Source of the DNA: Squalus acanthias
Taxonomy: Eukaryota
Length of the DNA: 64,000 nt
Assembly (NCBI GenBank): GCA_030390025.1
Contig: CM059433.1
Coordinates: forward strand, 25,484,001-25,548,000
Direction of reading: 5' to 3'
Below, in pieces: positions 48,198 through 62,104 of this stretch. The notes below the pieces were generated by a model. That model was not told the DNA's origin. It made no database searches and saw only the letters and a list, made by a program, of their open reading frames with translations. Both the position numbers and the translations under genes were made by a program. Numbering within the stretch: the first letter of the stretch is position 1; each line of letters starts with the position of its first letter.

Positions 48198-49893
48198 GGG
48201 TTGGATTTTGCGGGGGGTTCAGTGGGCGCGATCGGTGGTGGGTCAGGTGGGAAAGTGGTTTTTTTTCCCCAGCGGGTCGGGACCCGCTGTGAACCCACCA
48301 CCACACACCTTTCCCCAATGTCAGGTCTGTCAGCGATGAGCAGATCCGACACGCAGCGGCGGGGGACCCAATTCAGGCAATTAGTGGCTTGTTTAGAGCC
48401 ACTTAAGAATGAATTTCAGATCACCTTCTGCATTTGATAGCTCCCCCACGGGGTCCATGCTGGTCATGGACCACTTCTGTCAAGCACCCACCTTACAGAG
48501 ATATCTTCCCTCAGCCACAAGCTCTTCCTCACTGCATTTCTACAACAGATTCACCATGCTGCAAGTCTTTACACAAGTCCCCATCCAATCTGACCTCATT
48601 ACCTCTCTCACCATTGACAGATCGCTTCTGTCATCTCTACTTCAGCTGCCATCTATGGGTGCCCTTTATGCTATCTCACCTTGGTCCTCAGAATCCCACC
48701 ACGATCAGCCCCAACACCAGCAGCACCAGGCACACCAGCAGCACTAACAACACCACCAACCTTCTCCGCAATCACCTGATGCTGCACAGGACAGAGGGCA
48801 TCAGCACTCGAGCACATCGCTGCCCAGGAGGCCAGGGATGGCCTCAGCATGGCCAGATTTACTTCACTTGACACTGTACACACTGACTGCCACATGATGT
48901 GCCAGGTTGGCACCACCCCACACCAACACTATAAAGCATCCCTACAATGCCCAAACCATTCCTTTCATACTCACCACCATTGCGGGGTGGGGGGGGGGGG
49001 GGCTACCGTTATGTCTCACCATTCATTGCAACTCACTAAGCCACTTCCAAAGGTGCACACAAATCTGTCCAAGAACGCAAAGTATTGAAAATAAAGGTTT
49101 CAATATTTGACACCACATTAACAGAAACTTTACATGAACATTGCATAAAACACCCAAGTGCCTACCCTTGTGTGTTGTTAGTTGGTATAATTGCACTAGG
49201 ATGAAGGGGAGTGGGAGGGGTGGCTAGTGAGATGGGGATGTGATAATGTAGATAGAGAGGGAGGGGTGGAGGTGCAAGGTAAGTTGGTGTGAGTAAGGAT
49301 GTGCAGGAGTAGGGTAGGGAAGGCAGAGTGATGGAGATGTGATGAGAGGCACAGCAGGATAAGGTTGAGTGTGGCTTTGTACTAACATTTCGTGATCTAC
49401 TGAGATCATTGAAACGTTTGCGCCACTGCAGCCAGGTCCTCCTGAACACATCCCTGCTTGTGCCCTCCTCTGCAATGTGCAACCAGGCTGTGTTGATCTC
49501 CTGGGGACGTCTCTTCTGCCCATGGGAAGGGAAGAGGACCTCCCTGTGTGCTGTGACTCCCTCCATAAGCATATGGAGGGAGTCATGGGAGAGCCTGGGT
49601 GCAGCCCTGCACCTCTGCAGTGCTTGTCAGTGTTTGCAGCACTTCAATGCTATAGAACACTGACAGCACAAATGTCAAAATAAAGTTGGCCATGGTCCCT
49701 TTAAGGAAACCAGCTGATGATGCATCAACAAATGATGTCACCAACCCCGATACCTCTAATCGGCCGGGAAACTCGCTGGGCGAGCTTAACAAGCCCGATC
49801 TCGGTAAATTCATTTCAGTGGCCGGCAGTGGGGTTGGGACCCGCCATCGGCGTCACCCGCCATAGACCCACCGAGGTTAGTAAAATCGCGACC
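48198..49893. mobile_element. Internally deleted Harbinger element (Myb-like exon on -)
   Basis: Ends GGGTTGGATTTT / AAAATCGCGACC. ORF 49162-49572 contains AWLHIAEE..RRTWLQWRKRFNDL. Confidence 0.8.
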
Positions 49894-49894
49894 T

Positions 49895-50865
49895 ATGACT
49901 CTAGATTTGGGTAAGGCCGACTTCAAAGGGGTGCGACAGAGACTGTCCACAGTAAACTGGGCAAATCTGTTAATGGGTAAAACGACAGAAGATCAGTGGG
50001 AGATGTTCAAAAAAGAATTTAAGGTGATACAGAACCAGTTTATACCCCTGAAGAGTAAGAGCTCTACTTGCCAAAAAAAGCAGCCATGGACGACTAAAGA
50101 GGTAAGGGACAGCATAAAACTAAAAGAAAAAGCGTACAAAAATGCAAAAAATAGCACAGATCCTGGCGAATGGGAAAGATACAAAGAACAGCAAATGGTC
50201 ACAAAACAGATAGTAAGAGCTACAAAAAGGGAGTATGAAAGGAAACTTGCAAGGGATATCAAAATTAACACAAGATTTTTTTACAATTATAGTAGAAAAA
50301 AGAGGGTAGTCAAGAGCAATGTTGGCCCCTTAAAAACTGAAAGCGGTGATATTAACAATGATAATAGGGAAATGGTGGAAATATTGAATAATTACTTTGC
50401 GTCAATATTTACAGTAGAGGAAGAGGATAGCACGTCAGAAATCCCAAGGAAACTAAATCACGGACAGGGACTCAATAAAATTAATGTAAGTAAAATAATA
50501 GTAATGAAGAAAATAATGGCACTAAAGAGAGACAAATCCCCAGGACCAGATGGTTTCCATCCCAGGGTTTAAAGGAATTAGGTGAGCACATTGCAGACTC
50601 CCTAACTATAATCTTCCAAAGATCTCTCGATTCAGGGATCGTTCCTTCAGATTGGAAAATTGAGCATGTCACTCCGCTATTTAAAAATGGTGAGAGAGAG
50701 AAACCAGGGAATTATAGACCAGTTAGCCTGACATCTGTTGTCGGGAAATTGCTAGAGTCTATAATTAAGGATAGGGTGACTGAACACCTCGAAAATTTTC
50801 AGCTGATCAGAGAGAGCCAGCATGGATTTGTGAAAGGTAGGTCATGCCTGACAAATCTGATTGAA
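49895..50865 (+). mobile_element. CR1 ORF2 internal fragment
   Basis: ORF 49895-50572 ends SPGPDGFHPRV and is followed by NYRPVSLTS and QHGF. Confidence 0.93.
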
Positions 50866-50951
50866 CACAACCCCAATTCCCCTTAAAACATTTATCCCAC
50901 ACCTTATCTTCCCTCTGTTACTGACCAACCCAACGTCCCCTCGGCCACAAC

Positions 50952-52060
50952 CAAGGATTCCCCTCTACCATGGTTGACACGGCCTTGACTGTGTCCGTTC
51001 TATTTCCCGCTCTTCTGCTCTCACCCCTTCCCCTCCCTCCCGGAACCACAATAGGGTTCCCCTTGTCCTCACCTTTCACCCCACCAGCCTCCAAATTCAA
51101 CGGATCATCCTCTGCCATCTTCAGCATGATCCCACCACCAAACACATGTTCCCCTCACCTCCCCTTTCAGTATTCTGAAGGGACCGCTCCTTCCGCGACA
51201 CCCTGGTCCACTCCTCTATCACCCCCAACACCCCTTCCCCTTCGCCCGGCACCTTCCCGTGCAAACGCAGGAGATGCAATACCTGCCCTTTTACCTCCTC
51301 CCCTCCCACTGTCCAGGGCCCCAAACACTCCTTCCAGGTGAAATAGTGGTTTACTTGTACTTCTTGCAATTTAGTATACTGTATTCGCTGCTCACGATGC
51401 TGTCTCCTCTACACTGGGGAGACCAAGCGCAGATTGGGTGACCGCTTTGCGAAACACCTCCGTTCAGTCCGTAAGGGTGACCCCAAGCTTCTGGTCGCCT
51501 GTCACTTTAATTCTCCGCTCCACTCCCACTCTGACCTCTCCGTCCTCGGCCTCTTACACTGTTCCAATGAAGCTCAACGTAAGCTCAAGGAACAGCACCT
51601 CATCTTTCGATTAGGCACTTTACAGCCCTCTGGACTCAACATCGAGTTCAACAATTTCAGACCATAAGCTCCGCCCCTATTTATTTTTTTTCACATGGAA
51701 GCTGTTGATGATTCTGCCATTGCCATTTACACTTCATCTAGAGTCATCCTTTGTTTCATAACTTGTCCCATTACCATCTCCTTTTGCCTTGCACCATCAT
51801 CCCTTTTGTCTCTTAATCTCTCCTGCCTTCCATCCTATCACAGACCTTCCCTTTTGTTCTTTCCTCCCCTCCCCCTTCTCCCTGCCCCTACACTTGCTAA
51901 AAAACCTTTTACATCTCCAACTTTTTCCAGTTCTGATGAAGGGTCATCGACCTGAAATGTCAACTCTGTTTCTCTCTCTACAGATGCTGCCTGACCTGCT
52001 GAGTATTCCCAGCATTTTCTGTTTTTATTTCAGATTTCAGCATCCGCAGTATTTTGCTTT
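50952..52060 (+). mobile_element. Penelope-like element 3' part (GIY-YIG plus terminus)
   Basis: CKRRRCNTC, VYCIRCS..YTGETKRRLGDRFAKH and EQHLIFRLGTLQPSGLN. Confidence 0.92.
51929..51965 (+). ncRNA. Minimal type I hammerhead ribozyme (Penelope-associated), helix III mutated
   Basis: AGTT-CTGATGA-AGGGTCATCGACCT-GAAA-TGTC-AACT. Confidence 0.65.
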
Positions 52061-52094
52061 TGTAACTTCTATTGCTTTATTGATACAGTGGTGC

Positions 52095-52310
52095 TCGCAT
52101 CAGAAAGACATCCCGAAGCACTTAACAGATCAGAGACGGAAAGGGACAATTAGTGGGAGGGAAAAGAACAGGTAGATTGGAGTCAGGGGAAAGGGCTGAA
52201 AATAGGGTTGAAGAAAGTCTTTCTGAGGCTTTTGGAAGTGGTGAAGGAGGAGGTAAGGTGGAGGGATTTTGTGAGCAGTAACATGGTGGCTGAAAGAAGC
52301 AACCACTGGC
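52095..52310 (-). mobile_element. Degenerate L2 3' end
   Basis: ACATCCCGAAGCACTTAACA matches the reverse complement of the L2 tail at ~4150-4170. Confidence 0.5.
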
Positions 52311-52639
52311 AGAGAGGCAAAGGTTGCGAAAATTAGGAATTGAATTAAGACTGCCTAAAATGAAGACTTTTACAGCTGACAGACAGAGGAGACTATCTTT
52401 CTACAACACATCCCTAGGCCAATTTTGCTTTATAAATAGCATAAATACCTATTGTTTGGCACAGGCACAGGGAAAATTGGTGCTAATGCATGAAGTGAAG
52501 ATTGACGCAATATCTTCAGTGCAACAGTCCTATTAAAAGCACACTTAGAGTGAGACAATCAGACAGTGCTCGGCTCCCAAAGTCTGTAAGAACTTAAGGT
52601 CATTCGGTCTTTTTTGAACAAAAGGTGACGTTTAATGTG

Positions 52640-52975
52640 CATGACTCAGAAATTGAAACCGTGAGAGAGGTAGAGAAAATTGGAGATGTTTTCTTTGGAA
52701 AAGAGACTTTGGGCAGCTACCAAGATTGCGAAGGGAATTGACAAAAGTTAATTCAAGCAAATTGTTCCCTATGTGAAGAGTACAAGGGATGCAACTTAAA
52801 ATTAGGAAGCTGTAAGTGAGGAAGTCAGGTGTAGTTTTTAACAATAAGCATCATAGACTTGTTCAGTGAGTTATCCATGATTGTAATTGGAGTGAACAGT
52901 GGAAATGGGTTCAAAAGACAATTTCATGTGTTTCTGGTGAGAGAAAAATTTTAGGGATATGTGGAGAAGGATGTG
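52640..52975 (+). mobile_element. Old CR1 3' remnant
   Basis: Degenerate match to the CR1 C-terminal region (FSLEKR..RLRREL). Confidence 0.6.
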
Positions 52976-53214
52976 TTACTGACAAGGAAAGCTGATATTA
53001 CTTGTCAATTTTGGGGGAGCTGCATTATTCTCATCTAATGATGATCCTGCTGTATTCACAAAGTGCTGGCAAGAAAAATTGATAGGGACAAGAAAAAAGC
53101 TTGTAAAGACTTGTTCACTGATTTTTAATGTTAATCTGCTTGTTGAAGTCAATTGAATAGAATACAAGGCACGTTGCTCCATGCAATTCAACATGGCCAA
53201 CCTGCAATAGGAGA

Positions 53215-53610
53215 GTGAGCCTTTAGCTTAGTGGTAACATGTCAGAAGGTGAAGTGTTTGAGCCCACTCCAGACAGCTGAGATTGGAGCACCGGCTCTGA
53301 ACACTGAGTTGACGTTCAGAGGGTGTACTTGTGTCTGATGGGTGTGAGTGCCCCCTCACTCACTAAAGGGTAAATGGGGCTCTTTAGCCTTGGTTTAGCC
53401 TTTGGCCCATCTAGAAGAAGGTAATTTGAAGATAGAAATAATGAGGAAGGTAACAAAAAACCATCTCAGTTACTGTTCCCTAGTAAGTGGCTCAAGAATC
53501 TCACGTGTGGATCTTGAGTTAGGACCTGCCCTAAGGCAGAACAGACCAGCAGTAGGAGCAAAAGCACTCTGGTTATTACCAGTTTGCCCACTTTCCCAAA
53601 GTGCAAGGTG
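53215..53610 (+). mobile_element. Probable old tRNA-headed SINE
   Basis: TAGCTTAGTGG (A box) and GTTTGAGCCCACTCCAG (B-box-like) resemble the head of 38694-39146. Confidence 0.4.
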
Positions 53611-53611
53611 G

Positions 53612-55228
53612 TAGCATGGATTTGTAAAAGGTAAACCTAGTTGAATTTTTTGAGGAGGTAACTAATGTGGTAGATAAGAGAGTATCTAGTTTTTATTTAT
53701 ATGGACTTTCAGAAGGCATTTGATAAGGTTCCACACAAGAGACTGTTAACCAAAATGAGAGTACACAAAATTGGATGCAACCTATTGACATGGGTAGGGA
53801 ATTGGTTCGGAGGTAGGAGACAGAGAGTTGGGATAATGGGTATGTACTCCAATTGGCAGGATGTGACGAGTGGTGTCCCCTAGGGATCTGTACTGGGGCC
53901 TCAGATGCTCACTATATTTATAAATAACTTAGGTGAAGGAATAGAGAGCCAATTATCCATGTTTGCTGATGACACCAAGTTAGGTGGCACAGTAAAGAGT
54001 GTAGACGGGAGCAGAAAGTTGCAAAGGGGTATTGATAGATTGTGAGTGGGCAAAACTGTTCCATGTGAGGTCATCCACTTTGGACCTAAAAAAGATAGAT
54101 CAGAGTATTTTCTAAATAGTGAGAAGCTAGGAACTGTGGAGAAGCCGAGAGATTTAGGGGTCCGAATACAGAAAGCACTAAAAGCTAGTGGATATGTGCA
54201 AAAAATAATTAAAAAGGCTAATGGAATATTGGCCTTTATCTCAAGTGGGCTGGAATACAAAGGGGTGGAAGTAATGTTACAGTAATAGAGCTCTGGTTAG
54301 ACCCATATGGAATACTGTGGGAACTGCAACTCAGGAAGGAAATATTGGCCTTGGTGGGGATGCAGCGCAGATTCACCAGAATGATACCGGAGCTAAAAGG
54401 ATTCAATAATGATCTTATTGAAACATATAAGATACTGAGGGGGATTGACAAGGTAAATGATGAGGGGTTGTTTCCCCTGGCTGGAGAGTCTAGAACTAGA
54501 GGGCATAGTCTCAGGATAAGGGGTCGGCCATTTAATACTGAGATGAGGAGGAATTTCTTCATTCAAAGAGTTGTGAATCTTTGGAATTCTCAACCCCAGA
54601 GGGCTGTGGATGCTGAATCGTTGAGTATATTCAAGGCTGAGATCGATAGATTTTTGGACTCTAGGGGAATCAAGGGATATGGGGATCGGGCAGGAAAGTG
54701 GAGTTGAGGTAGAAGATCAGCCATGGTCTTATTGAATGACGGAGCAGGCTCGAGGGGCTGTATGGCCGACTCCTGCTCCTAATTCTTATGTTCTTATAAT
54801 GAGGACTGGTTGCATAGACTAAGCTTGTGTTCCCTTGAGTATACAAGATTAAGGGGTGATCTAATTGAGGTGTTTAAGATGATTAAAGGATTTGATAGGT
54901 AGATAGGGAGAAACTATTTCCTCTGGTGGGGGAGTCCAGAACAAGGAGCCATAACCGTAAAGTCAGAGCCAGTTCGTTCAGAAGAGAAGTTAGGAAACTC
55001 TTCTTCACACAAAGGGTGGTAGAAGTGTGAAACTCTCTCCTATGTAAAGCAGTAGATGTTAGCTCTATTAATAATTTTAAATCTGAGATCGATAGATTTT
55101 TGCTAGCTGAAGGTATGAAGGGGTATGGAGCCAAGGAAGGAGTTAGGATACAGATCAGCCATGATCTCATTGAATGAGGGAACAGGCTCAAGGGGCTGAA
55201 TGGCCTACTCCTGTTCCTATGTTCCTAT
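53612..55228 (+). mobile_element. CR1 LINE with a second CR1 3' end nested at 54413-54795 (TSD ATAATGA)
   Basis: RT motifs at 53701-54400; ATAATGA at 54406-54412 and 54796-54802; two separate 3' tails. Confidence 0.92.
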
Positions 55229-55269
55229 CTCTTGATCCCCACAACATGTTTGAAATACACACTGTATAC

Positions 55270-56186
55270 TAGGCTGACCATAGGTCCTCGTTTTCTAGGG
55301 ACAGTCCCCGGATGAGGTACTGTGTCCCCGGGCAAACAATGTCGCTGAAAGAGTCCCTGGTTCACGAAACCCACCCCCGAATACCCTAACTTTTAATTTC
55401 TCGTGCTGGAATATGACGTACAACACACATACACTGTACCGTTCACCCTAACGTTTCCTTCCCGGGTGCCCCTGTTAATCACGCCCACCGTGAGCGCCGA
55501 CTGGTCGGGAGGCCAAGGGAGTAAGGGGAAGGTTTACTGGTTAGCGTCCACGCCAATTGAGCGCCGAGGGGCGGGCATACGCCACCAGCGAGTTTGGCTG
55601 CAAACCCGACCCAACTTCACTCAACAACCAAACCCTCACTTTTTTTCCCCACCTCTTCCTTCACTATGGGATGTACCAGTTTGAATCGCCGGAGGTCGTG
55701 AACCGATTGGTCGGCGGTCTTCTGATTTCGTCACCTCCTCCCCCCTACAATTCGAAATGGTCGCAATTTGGAAGCCGATTGTTTGGCCGGTGACGGTTAC
55801 GCCCAATGATTTTGTTAATAGAGGACGTGGTTTTTTTTTTAAAAAAAGGTGGGCGACACTCGAGCGCAGCGGAGACAAAGGGACAGGTGTCAGCAAGAGC
55901 CTGCAGCAGTGTAGACAGTGGGTACAAAAGCTGACCAATCTGAACAGTGTTATGGTATTATTGATAAACGGTGTCTGAATGCGCTTCAATAGTGTGACGT
56001 CACATCCGCAGTAATTATATGCACTTTTGTTTTGCATTTGTAGTGTATATATGCAACTGTTAAAATATAGGCTGCTGAAAATGTTGCCTTGCTACGCTGC
56101 ACAACCTACATTTTCCAGCCTGGCTACTTTGCTGTGCTCCCACCCTGTGTGTCCCCGGATTCGGTTTAGAAAACATGGTCACTCTA
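55270..56186. mobile_element. Non-autonomous hAT transposon (Blackjack-type TIRs), 8-bp TSD CTGTATAC
   Basis: TIRs TAGGCTGACCAT / ATGGTCACTCTA; TSD at 55262-55269 and 56187-56194; subterminal GTCCCCGG repeats. Confidence 0.92.
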
Positions 56187-56341
56187 CTGTATACTGATTG
56201 CATTTCAGGGATATCAATCGAGACAAAGCCGATGCTTTTTTGGAAAATGTGAACACTTTTAATGTCAAAGTGTAAAAAAATGGTATATTTTTATTGAACT
56301 CAATAGAGTAACCTTTTTTTTACATATATACCTGAAAACAA

Positions 56342-57066
56342 AGGGCTAGAAATTGGCCTGCTTTGCGCCTCCCGTTATCGCCTCCGGTGGTTCGCTAACG
56401 GGGCGCTAACGACTTACTGACCGGGCGAGGCGAAAGAAACGACTCCCGTAAAATTCAATGGGGGGGGTGGTAGCGCCGGCGGTAAAACTTACTGCCTCGA
56501 TCTCCTGCGCCCCGGAGATCGTGACATCATCCGGTGCGCATCGCCCCGTTACCGCCCCAGATCCTAAATTCGCTTCTGCAGCCGGGCGTCAGCAACGGCA
56601 GCTGCAGGAGGCGTTGTGACCTCGGCCGGCCGCTTGGGGAGCAGTGATTAAAGGGATTGGTGGTCAGGTAGGCCAACAGTTTTTTGTCACCCCTTTGTGC
56701 TGTTTTTAAAATTTTTCAATGCCGCGATTGATCACCCCTGCACTCTCTTAGAGTGCTTGGGGCTGCTCCTCGCGGATCGCGGGTGCTGTCGTCGACCCAT
56801 CCCCAGCCTTACCTTTAACTGCTGTGAGCATTGGCCCTTCCCTTTAAGGGAGGGAAGGAGCCTGCGAATCCGGCAGCGCTGCACGCAACATTGATCAGCG
56901 CTCTGCCGATACCGCACCCTCACACCCTTTAGCGCTCTAAGGGAAGTGGTAGCGCTTGATTTAGCACTCCACTTCCCTCTTGGAGCGCTACAACTGAATT
57001 TCATGGGAGCCTCTCATCATTAGCGCCTGGCGGTAATTTTTCCGCTTCCGAGATTTTAGCGCCCCA
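56342..57066. mobile_element. CpG-rich MITE-like element
   Basis: Starts GGGCTAGAAATTGG; homologous to 405-1140; repeated TAGCGC motifs. Confidence 0.65.
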
Positions 57067-57427
57067 AAGTCCTTCAGAACCCAAATTGAATAATGTTTGA
57101 CCAGATATTCACAGTTTTGACTGGTTGATGGGTCACTGAGGTCCTTGTAGTGTACCACAGTGGTGCTTCATTGTCAAGCTGTTACACAGAGAGGTGGTGC
57201 GTACCAGAAAGTCAACTCTTCGCTCTCACCATCTGCAGTACACACGTTGCCCTTCCATTGGTTCGAAGTGAGTGGATGGTAGCTTGTAACATACTTCTTT
57301 TGAAGCTAAGTAGATGGAGTTCCCTGGAACATCGTTGACTGTAAGCATTATGTGGAGCACTGAATCACAAACTCCAGGTGAAAGAGCGACTGAGTCAGCT
57401 TCTTCAAGGGAAACACACGGTGCACAG

Positions 57428-59112
57428 TGCGGGTGAAATCCATCTTGGGTGCTAGTGCAAAATGGACAACAGTGCATCGACAGCCTGGTGAAAAGAAAAT
57501 CGGATGCTGTGTAAAACGGGCTGCCGATGTGCTATTGTCCGTTTTGCAGCACGGCCCGAGACGAATTTCACCCTCAGTGGGACCACCAGTCGCAAAAAGA
57601 AAAAAAAACCCCAGTACAACCCCAAAGCCCCTCCCTCCCGCACCCCACCCACCCACTGCTTAAAGGCATCCAGCCCCACCTTAAAGGCTTTTTATAGTGG
57701 AGGACAGTGACCAGTGAGACTGTGCAACAGCAAGCAAGGCGACTTTGAATAGGGTCCCGTTCTCTGATGCAGTGGTGGACGTGCTGATTAAACGAGTAGC
57801 AGGAAGGAGATCCTCTCCCCCTCCGACAGGTGACAGGTGCTGAGACCAATCAGTCAACAGGCACGGAGAGAGGTGGAAGAAAGTGTCAATGGCATCAGCA
57901 TTGCCCTGAGGACCTGGCTGCAGTGCAGGAAATAATTTCATGGTGTCCAAGAATGCCAAGGTCAGACTCCCCTTCCCATCTCCCATACTCTCTGCACAGA
58001 CTTGCACAACCTTACTTTAGCCTCAGCACTATCAATACTTCCTTTCCCCACTACCCATGGTTCTCACTGCTTTCTGCTTCTACTCCCACCCTCAAAACCT
58101 GCTACTGCCCTCACAACCATTTCTCCCTCTTGTCCTCAGTTGCTGCTTTGACCTGTCATCATGCACACTAAGCTGCATCATTAATCTTGAAAACCCTTAA
58201 GCAGGAGAAGTTGACACACAACAGGAGGAGGTCCTGCCACACTGCAGACACTGACCATTGGAATTGGCCACCATCAATATTATTGACAGAGAGAGAGCAC
58301 CGCATTAGAGATGCTGAGGCTGAAGGCGAGACACAGCAGGGTGTTTGGGCATCTTCCCTCTTTTCTCTTTCTGTTTAACACAGTCACACATGACAACTTG
58401 GTGATGCATTGCGCTGCCACTTATCTGCTACAGTTTACCCTTAACATTACGTGCTAGCACGTTCCATTCCATTGCCTGACTGCCCCTACTGAGCTGCGGA
58501 GGTGCAGACTGTGCAGCATACATGATCTGATTGAAGCCCTTATCCATTTGGTCTCCCAGCCTATCCAAAGCAGAGAAGATGTTAGAGCCCAGAGCCTGCA
58601 TGGCCCCAGTATGAGCATCTCTCGGAGATGCTGTTACTGATACCAGAGACCCTCCAGGGAGGGCCCTGCTTCAGCCTCCATTGAGGTGACCACATGCTCC
58701 ATAATTGACTGCAGAGTGGTGATGCCATGTGCCAGAACCCTATACAAGTTGGTAGCGGACTACTCCACACTCTCCAAAATGTTTGCAGGCAATCCAATCC
58801 AATACATTTAGCGATCACTGGTGCACAGAAATAATTTTTCTTTTAAAAGCTGGACCCCTAAAGCCTGCATCACCTTCCTCTTGAGCAGAGCTAGGACGTG
58901 TGCTAGGAAGTGACCTGTTTCCTGGACCATCCTTCCCATCTGCATCTGTTCATTTGTGCTCGGTGACTCGTCCTGTGCAGACCCCTCTAACTCATACAGA
59001 GTGCCGATTTCTGTGCTGGTGCTTGGAAAGGTCAGGGTAAGTGTTGGTGCGTCTTCTGGAGGACTCTCTTCCTCAATCCATGTGACTGCAACACCTGAGT
59101 CATCTGATAGAC
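57428..59112. mobile_element. Degenerate Harbinger Myb-gene remnants
   Basis: RVPFSDAVVDVL at ~57750, then GGACCTGGCTGCAGTGCAGGAAA (RTWLQCRK) and donor AAG|GTCAG at ~57960, as in 5498-5605. Confidence 0.6.
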
Positions 59113-59124
59113 CTAAAAAAAGGA

Positions 59125-59935
59125 ATAAAAACAGAAAATGCTGGAGATACTCAGCAGGTCAGGCAGCATCTGTGAAGAGAGAAACAGAGTTAACGTTTCA
59201 GGTCGATGACCTTTCGTCAGAACTGGAAAAAAGCAGGAAATGGAAGAGATTTTTAAGCAAGTGTAGGAGCTGGGAAAGGGGGGAGGGGATGAAAGAACAA
59301 AAGTGAAGGTCTGTGATAGGATAGAAGGCAGGAGAGGTTAAGAGACATTAAGAGATATTCAAGGCAAAAGGAGATGGTAATGGGACAGGTTAAGAAACAA
59401 AAGATGGCTCTAGATGAAGTGTAAATTGCGCTGGCAGAATGAAAGTCAGCTGCCATGTGGGAGAGAGAGAAAAGAAAACACAAACAAAAAAAATAACGTG
59501 GAAAAAAAATATATATGATAGGGGCCGAGGTTATGATCTGTAATTGTTGAACTCTATGTTGAGTCCAGAAGGCTGTAAAGTGCCTAATCGAAAGATGAGG
59601 TGCTGTTCCTCGAGCTTACGTTGAGCTTCAGTCGAACAATGTAAAAGGTCGAGGACGGTGAGGTCGGAGTGGGAGTGGAGCAGAGAATTAAAGTGACAGG
59701 CGACCGGAAGCTCGGGGTCCCGCTTATGGACTGAAGAGGTGTTCCGCAAAGCGGTCACCCAATCTGCGTTTGGTCTCCCCAATGTAGAGGAGACCTGCAT
59801 CGTGAGCAGCGAATACAGTATACTAGATTGCAAGAAGTACAAGTAAATCGCTGTTTCACCTGGAAGGGGTGTTTGGGGCCCTGGACAGTGGGAAGCGGGG
59901 AGGTATAAGGGCATGTGTTGCATCTCCTGCGCTTG
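59125..59935 (-). mobile_element. Penelope-like element 3' part
   Basis: ORFs 59531-59923 and 59755-60084 (FTCTSCNLVYCIRC, EQHLIFRLGTLQPSGLN). Confidence 0.92.
59188..59224 (-). ncRNA. Minimal type I hammerhead ribozyme, intact core
   Basis: Minus strand AGTT-CTGACGA-AAGGTCATCGACCT-GAAA-CGTT-AACT. Confidence 0.75.
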
Positions 59936-60981
59936 CTAAAAAAAGGAGATGGGGCAGTCAGGCAATGGAAATGGAACATGCTTCCATCGCTCATGATTAC
60001 AGCCGTTGGGAGCCTTACGATCCCTCCACCCCCTCCACCCCACCGCCCCGGTGTCAGAAAGTCAGCTGAGCCAGACTGCATCAACAGACACCAAGACCTA
60101 GAAATTGTATGCTCCCTTAAGAAAATGATAAAAGTTTGCCTTTCTATAGGCTGCTCCAGTGATCCCTTTAAAGACCTCTGGTTGCGCTGTCAAGCACCTG
60201 AGAATACTGACCACAGCATGCACGACACTAGCTGCAGTCAATTGCGAACGAAATTTGGAAAGAGGGCCTCAAAACTTGGCCCCCTTTTGCATATTCAAAG
60301 GGCCTGACGCTTGTTTCAAGTGCAGGCCCTGGATGACTTACAGGAATTTTTACCAATATGGTGGGTGGTGCACTTCAGTGAGGAATGTTCGCATGCATGC
60401 CTCCCGCTTTATTGGACACTTAGCTGCCAATGAATCTGCATTTAGGCTGTCTCAGGCCCAAGCTCCAAGAGGTCACCTATTACGGGGATTTCACGAGGCC
60501 TTGACTGAGTTACAGCAGCCTTCCACCACCCCTGCTGCATTAGCACTTCCTAGAAGCACTAGAGTAGATAAGAGAGCACTTAAGACAGGCATTATGGACT
60601 CAGCCGGATGACAAAGTGGTCTAGAAACAATTCCTGCTCATTAACATCAGACCGGCAAGCTGCAAACACTTGCTGGGTGTCCTCAGGTAGCTCGCTGGTG
60701 AAGACCTTTGGTATTTTGTGCTGCAGCAATGGCCCACAGGTAGGTCTTAAGGAGGGGGTGGGAAGTGATCAGAATGAAGTGGGGGTAACTGGGAAAAGGT
60801 CCTCATCTAATCTTGGCTCTATGCAGAGCAAAATTATGCAGCATAGTGCAAACCATTAACATACAGGACACTCTCTGTGAGCTGTCCAGGCAACAGAATC
60901 TCTGCTTGAGGGCTCCAATGGTTTGCGCGATGAGGGATCTAGTTGACCCATGAATCTAATTTTAGTACAGGTTGCCTGAGA

Positions 60982-61295
60982 GGAAAGAAAGACTTGCATT
61001 TGTGTAGCACCTTTCACAACCTCAGGACATCCCAAAACACTTTACATCCAATGAAGTACTTTTGAGGGATAAAATTTGGCCAGGACACTGAGTGAACTCC
61101 CCTGCTCTTTATCAAATAGTGCCATGGGATCTTTTATGTCCACCTGAGAGGGCAGATGAGGCCTTGGCTTAAAATCTCATCTGTACTGCACTGAAGTGTC
61201 AGCCTAGATTATGTGCTCAAGTCTCCGGAGTGGATCTTGAACCCAGGACCTTCTGACTCAGAGGCGAGAGTGCTACCAATGTGCCAAGGCTGACT
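60982..61295 (-). mobile_element. Deu-domain SINE, internally deleted
   Basis: Homologous to 38694-39146, including head and tail. Confidence 0.85.
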
Positions 61296-62104
61296 TTTTA
61301 GGAGTCATGAGTCAAGTGTGCAGAGAATAGTCCTTGTCGCCAAGCAGCTGGCCTCTCATTTGCTGTGCAGGAGCAAAGATGGAGGATTGGCACAATATAA
61401 AAGCACCAAGGCCAATGATGCACTGCTGGTGGTCACATACCAGTTGAAAGGATTCGCAAAATTTCATGTGTCCCCCCCGAAGATTTTTGTTGGACTTATT
61501 AATAAGGAACCCTGGTTTGACTGAGTTTTAAAATCCAGGGCATAAAATGGCTGCGGTCAGACCTCGTGATCAAGTGCCTTTCAGATGCTGGTAAACTATC
61601 AGCTTGTGTATTCCGATTTCCGATGCATTGGGGACAAACCCAATCAGGTCTACGCATAAGGCTTTCAAGGTGTTTGCTCAAATAATCAGCGGGGACATTG
61701 AGACTGGGCTGGCCCATCATCGAACCTGTCGGACAAAGGGGAGCAGTTGAAGAACTGGTATGATACAATTAACCTTTTGTTAAAATTCATCATGCCCAGA
61801 TCAGACAATAGAAATGAGCTCTGTAGATCGGGGCTCTGGTGGTTAAATCTTGGACAGTCAATGGATGGTGCAGACTCTTCGACCGTTACAAGAGTTGCTT
61901 CTCCTGTGTCCTTTATGACATCGTCAACTTTTGGCAAATCTTCTCTAGGCTCCTGGTCCCTTGGAATAGCGGCATCTTCCTATCCAGGTAGCCCGAGTTG
62001 AGAAACCTCGGTTGGTAGCGTTCAATTCGTCTATGCTCTCGCCTGGTCTTGGGTCTTGATTGGCAGAGTCTTTTTCTTGTCAGATCTGTAGAAATCTGTC
62101 ACAT

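Noticed and set aside
52976..53205. Possible minus-strand exon after a CTCCTATTGCAG acceptor
   Set aside because: No recognisable product and no partner exons.
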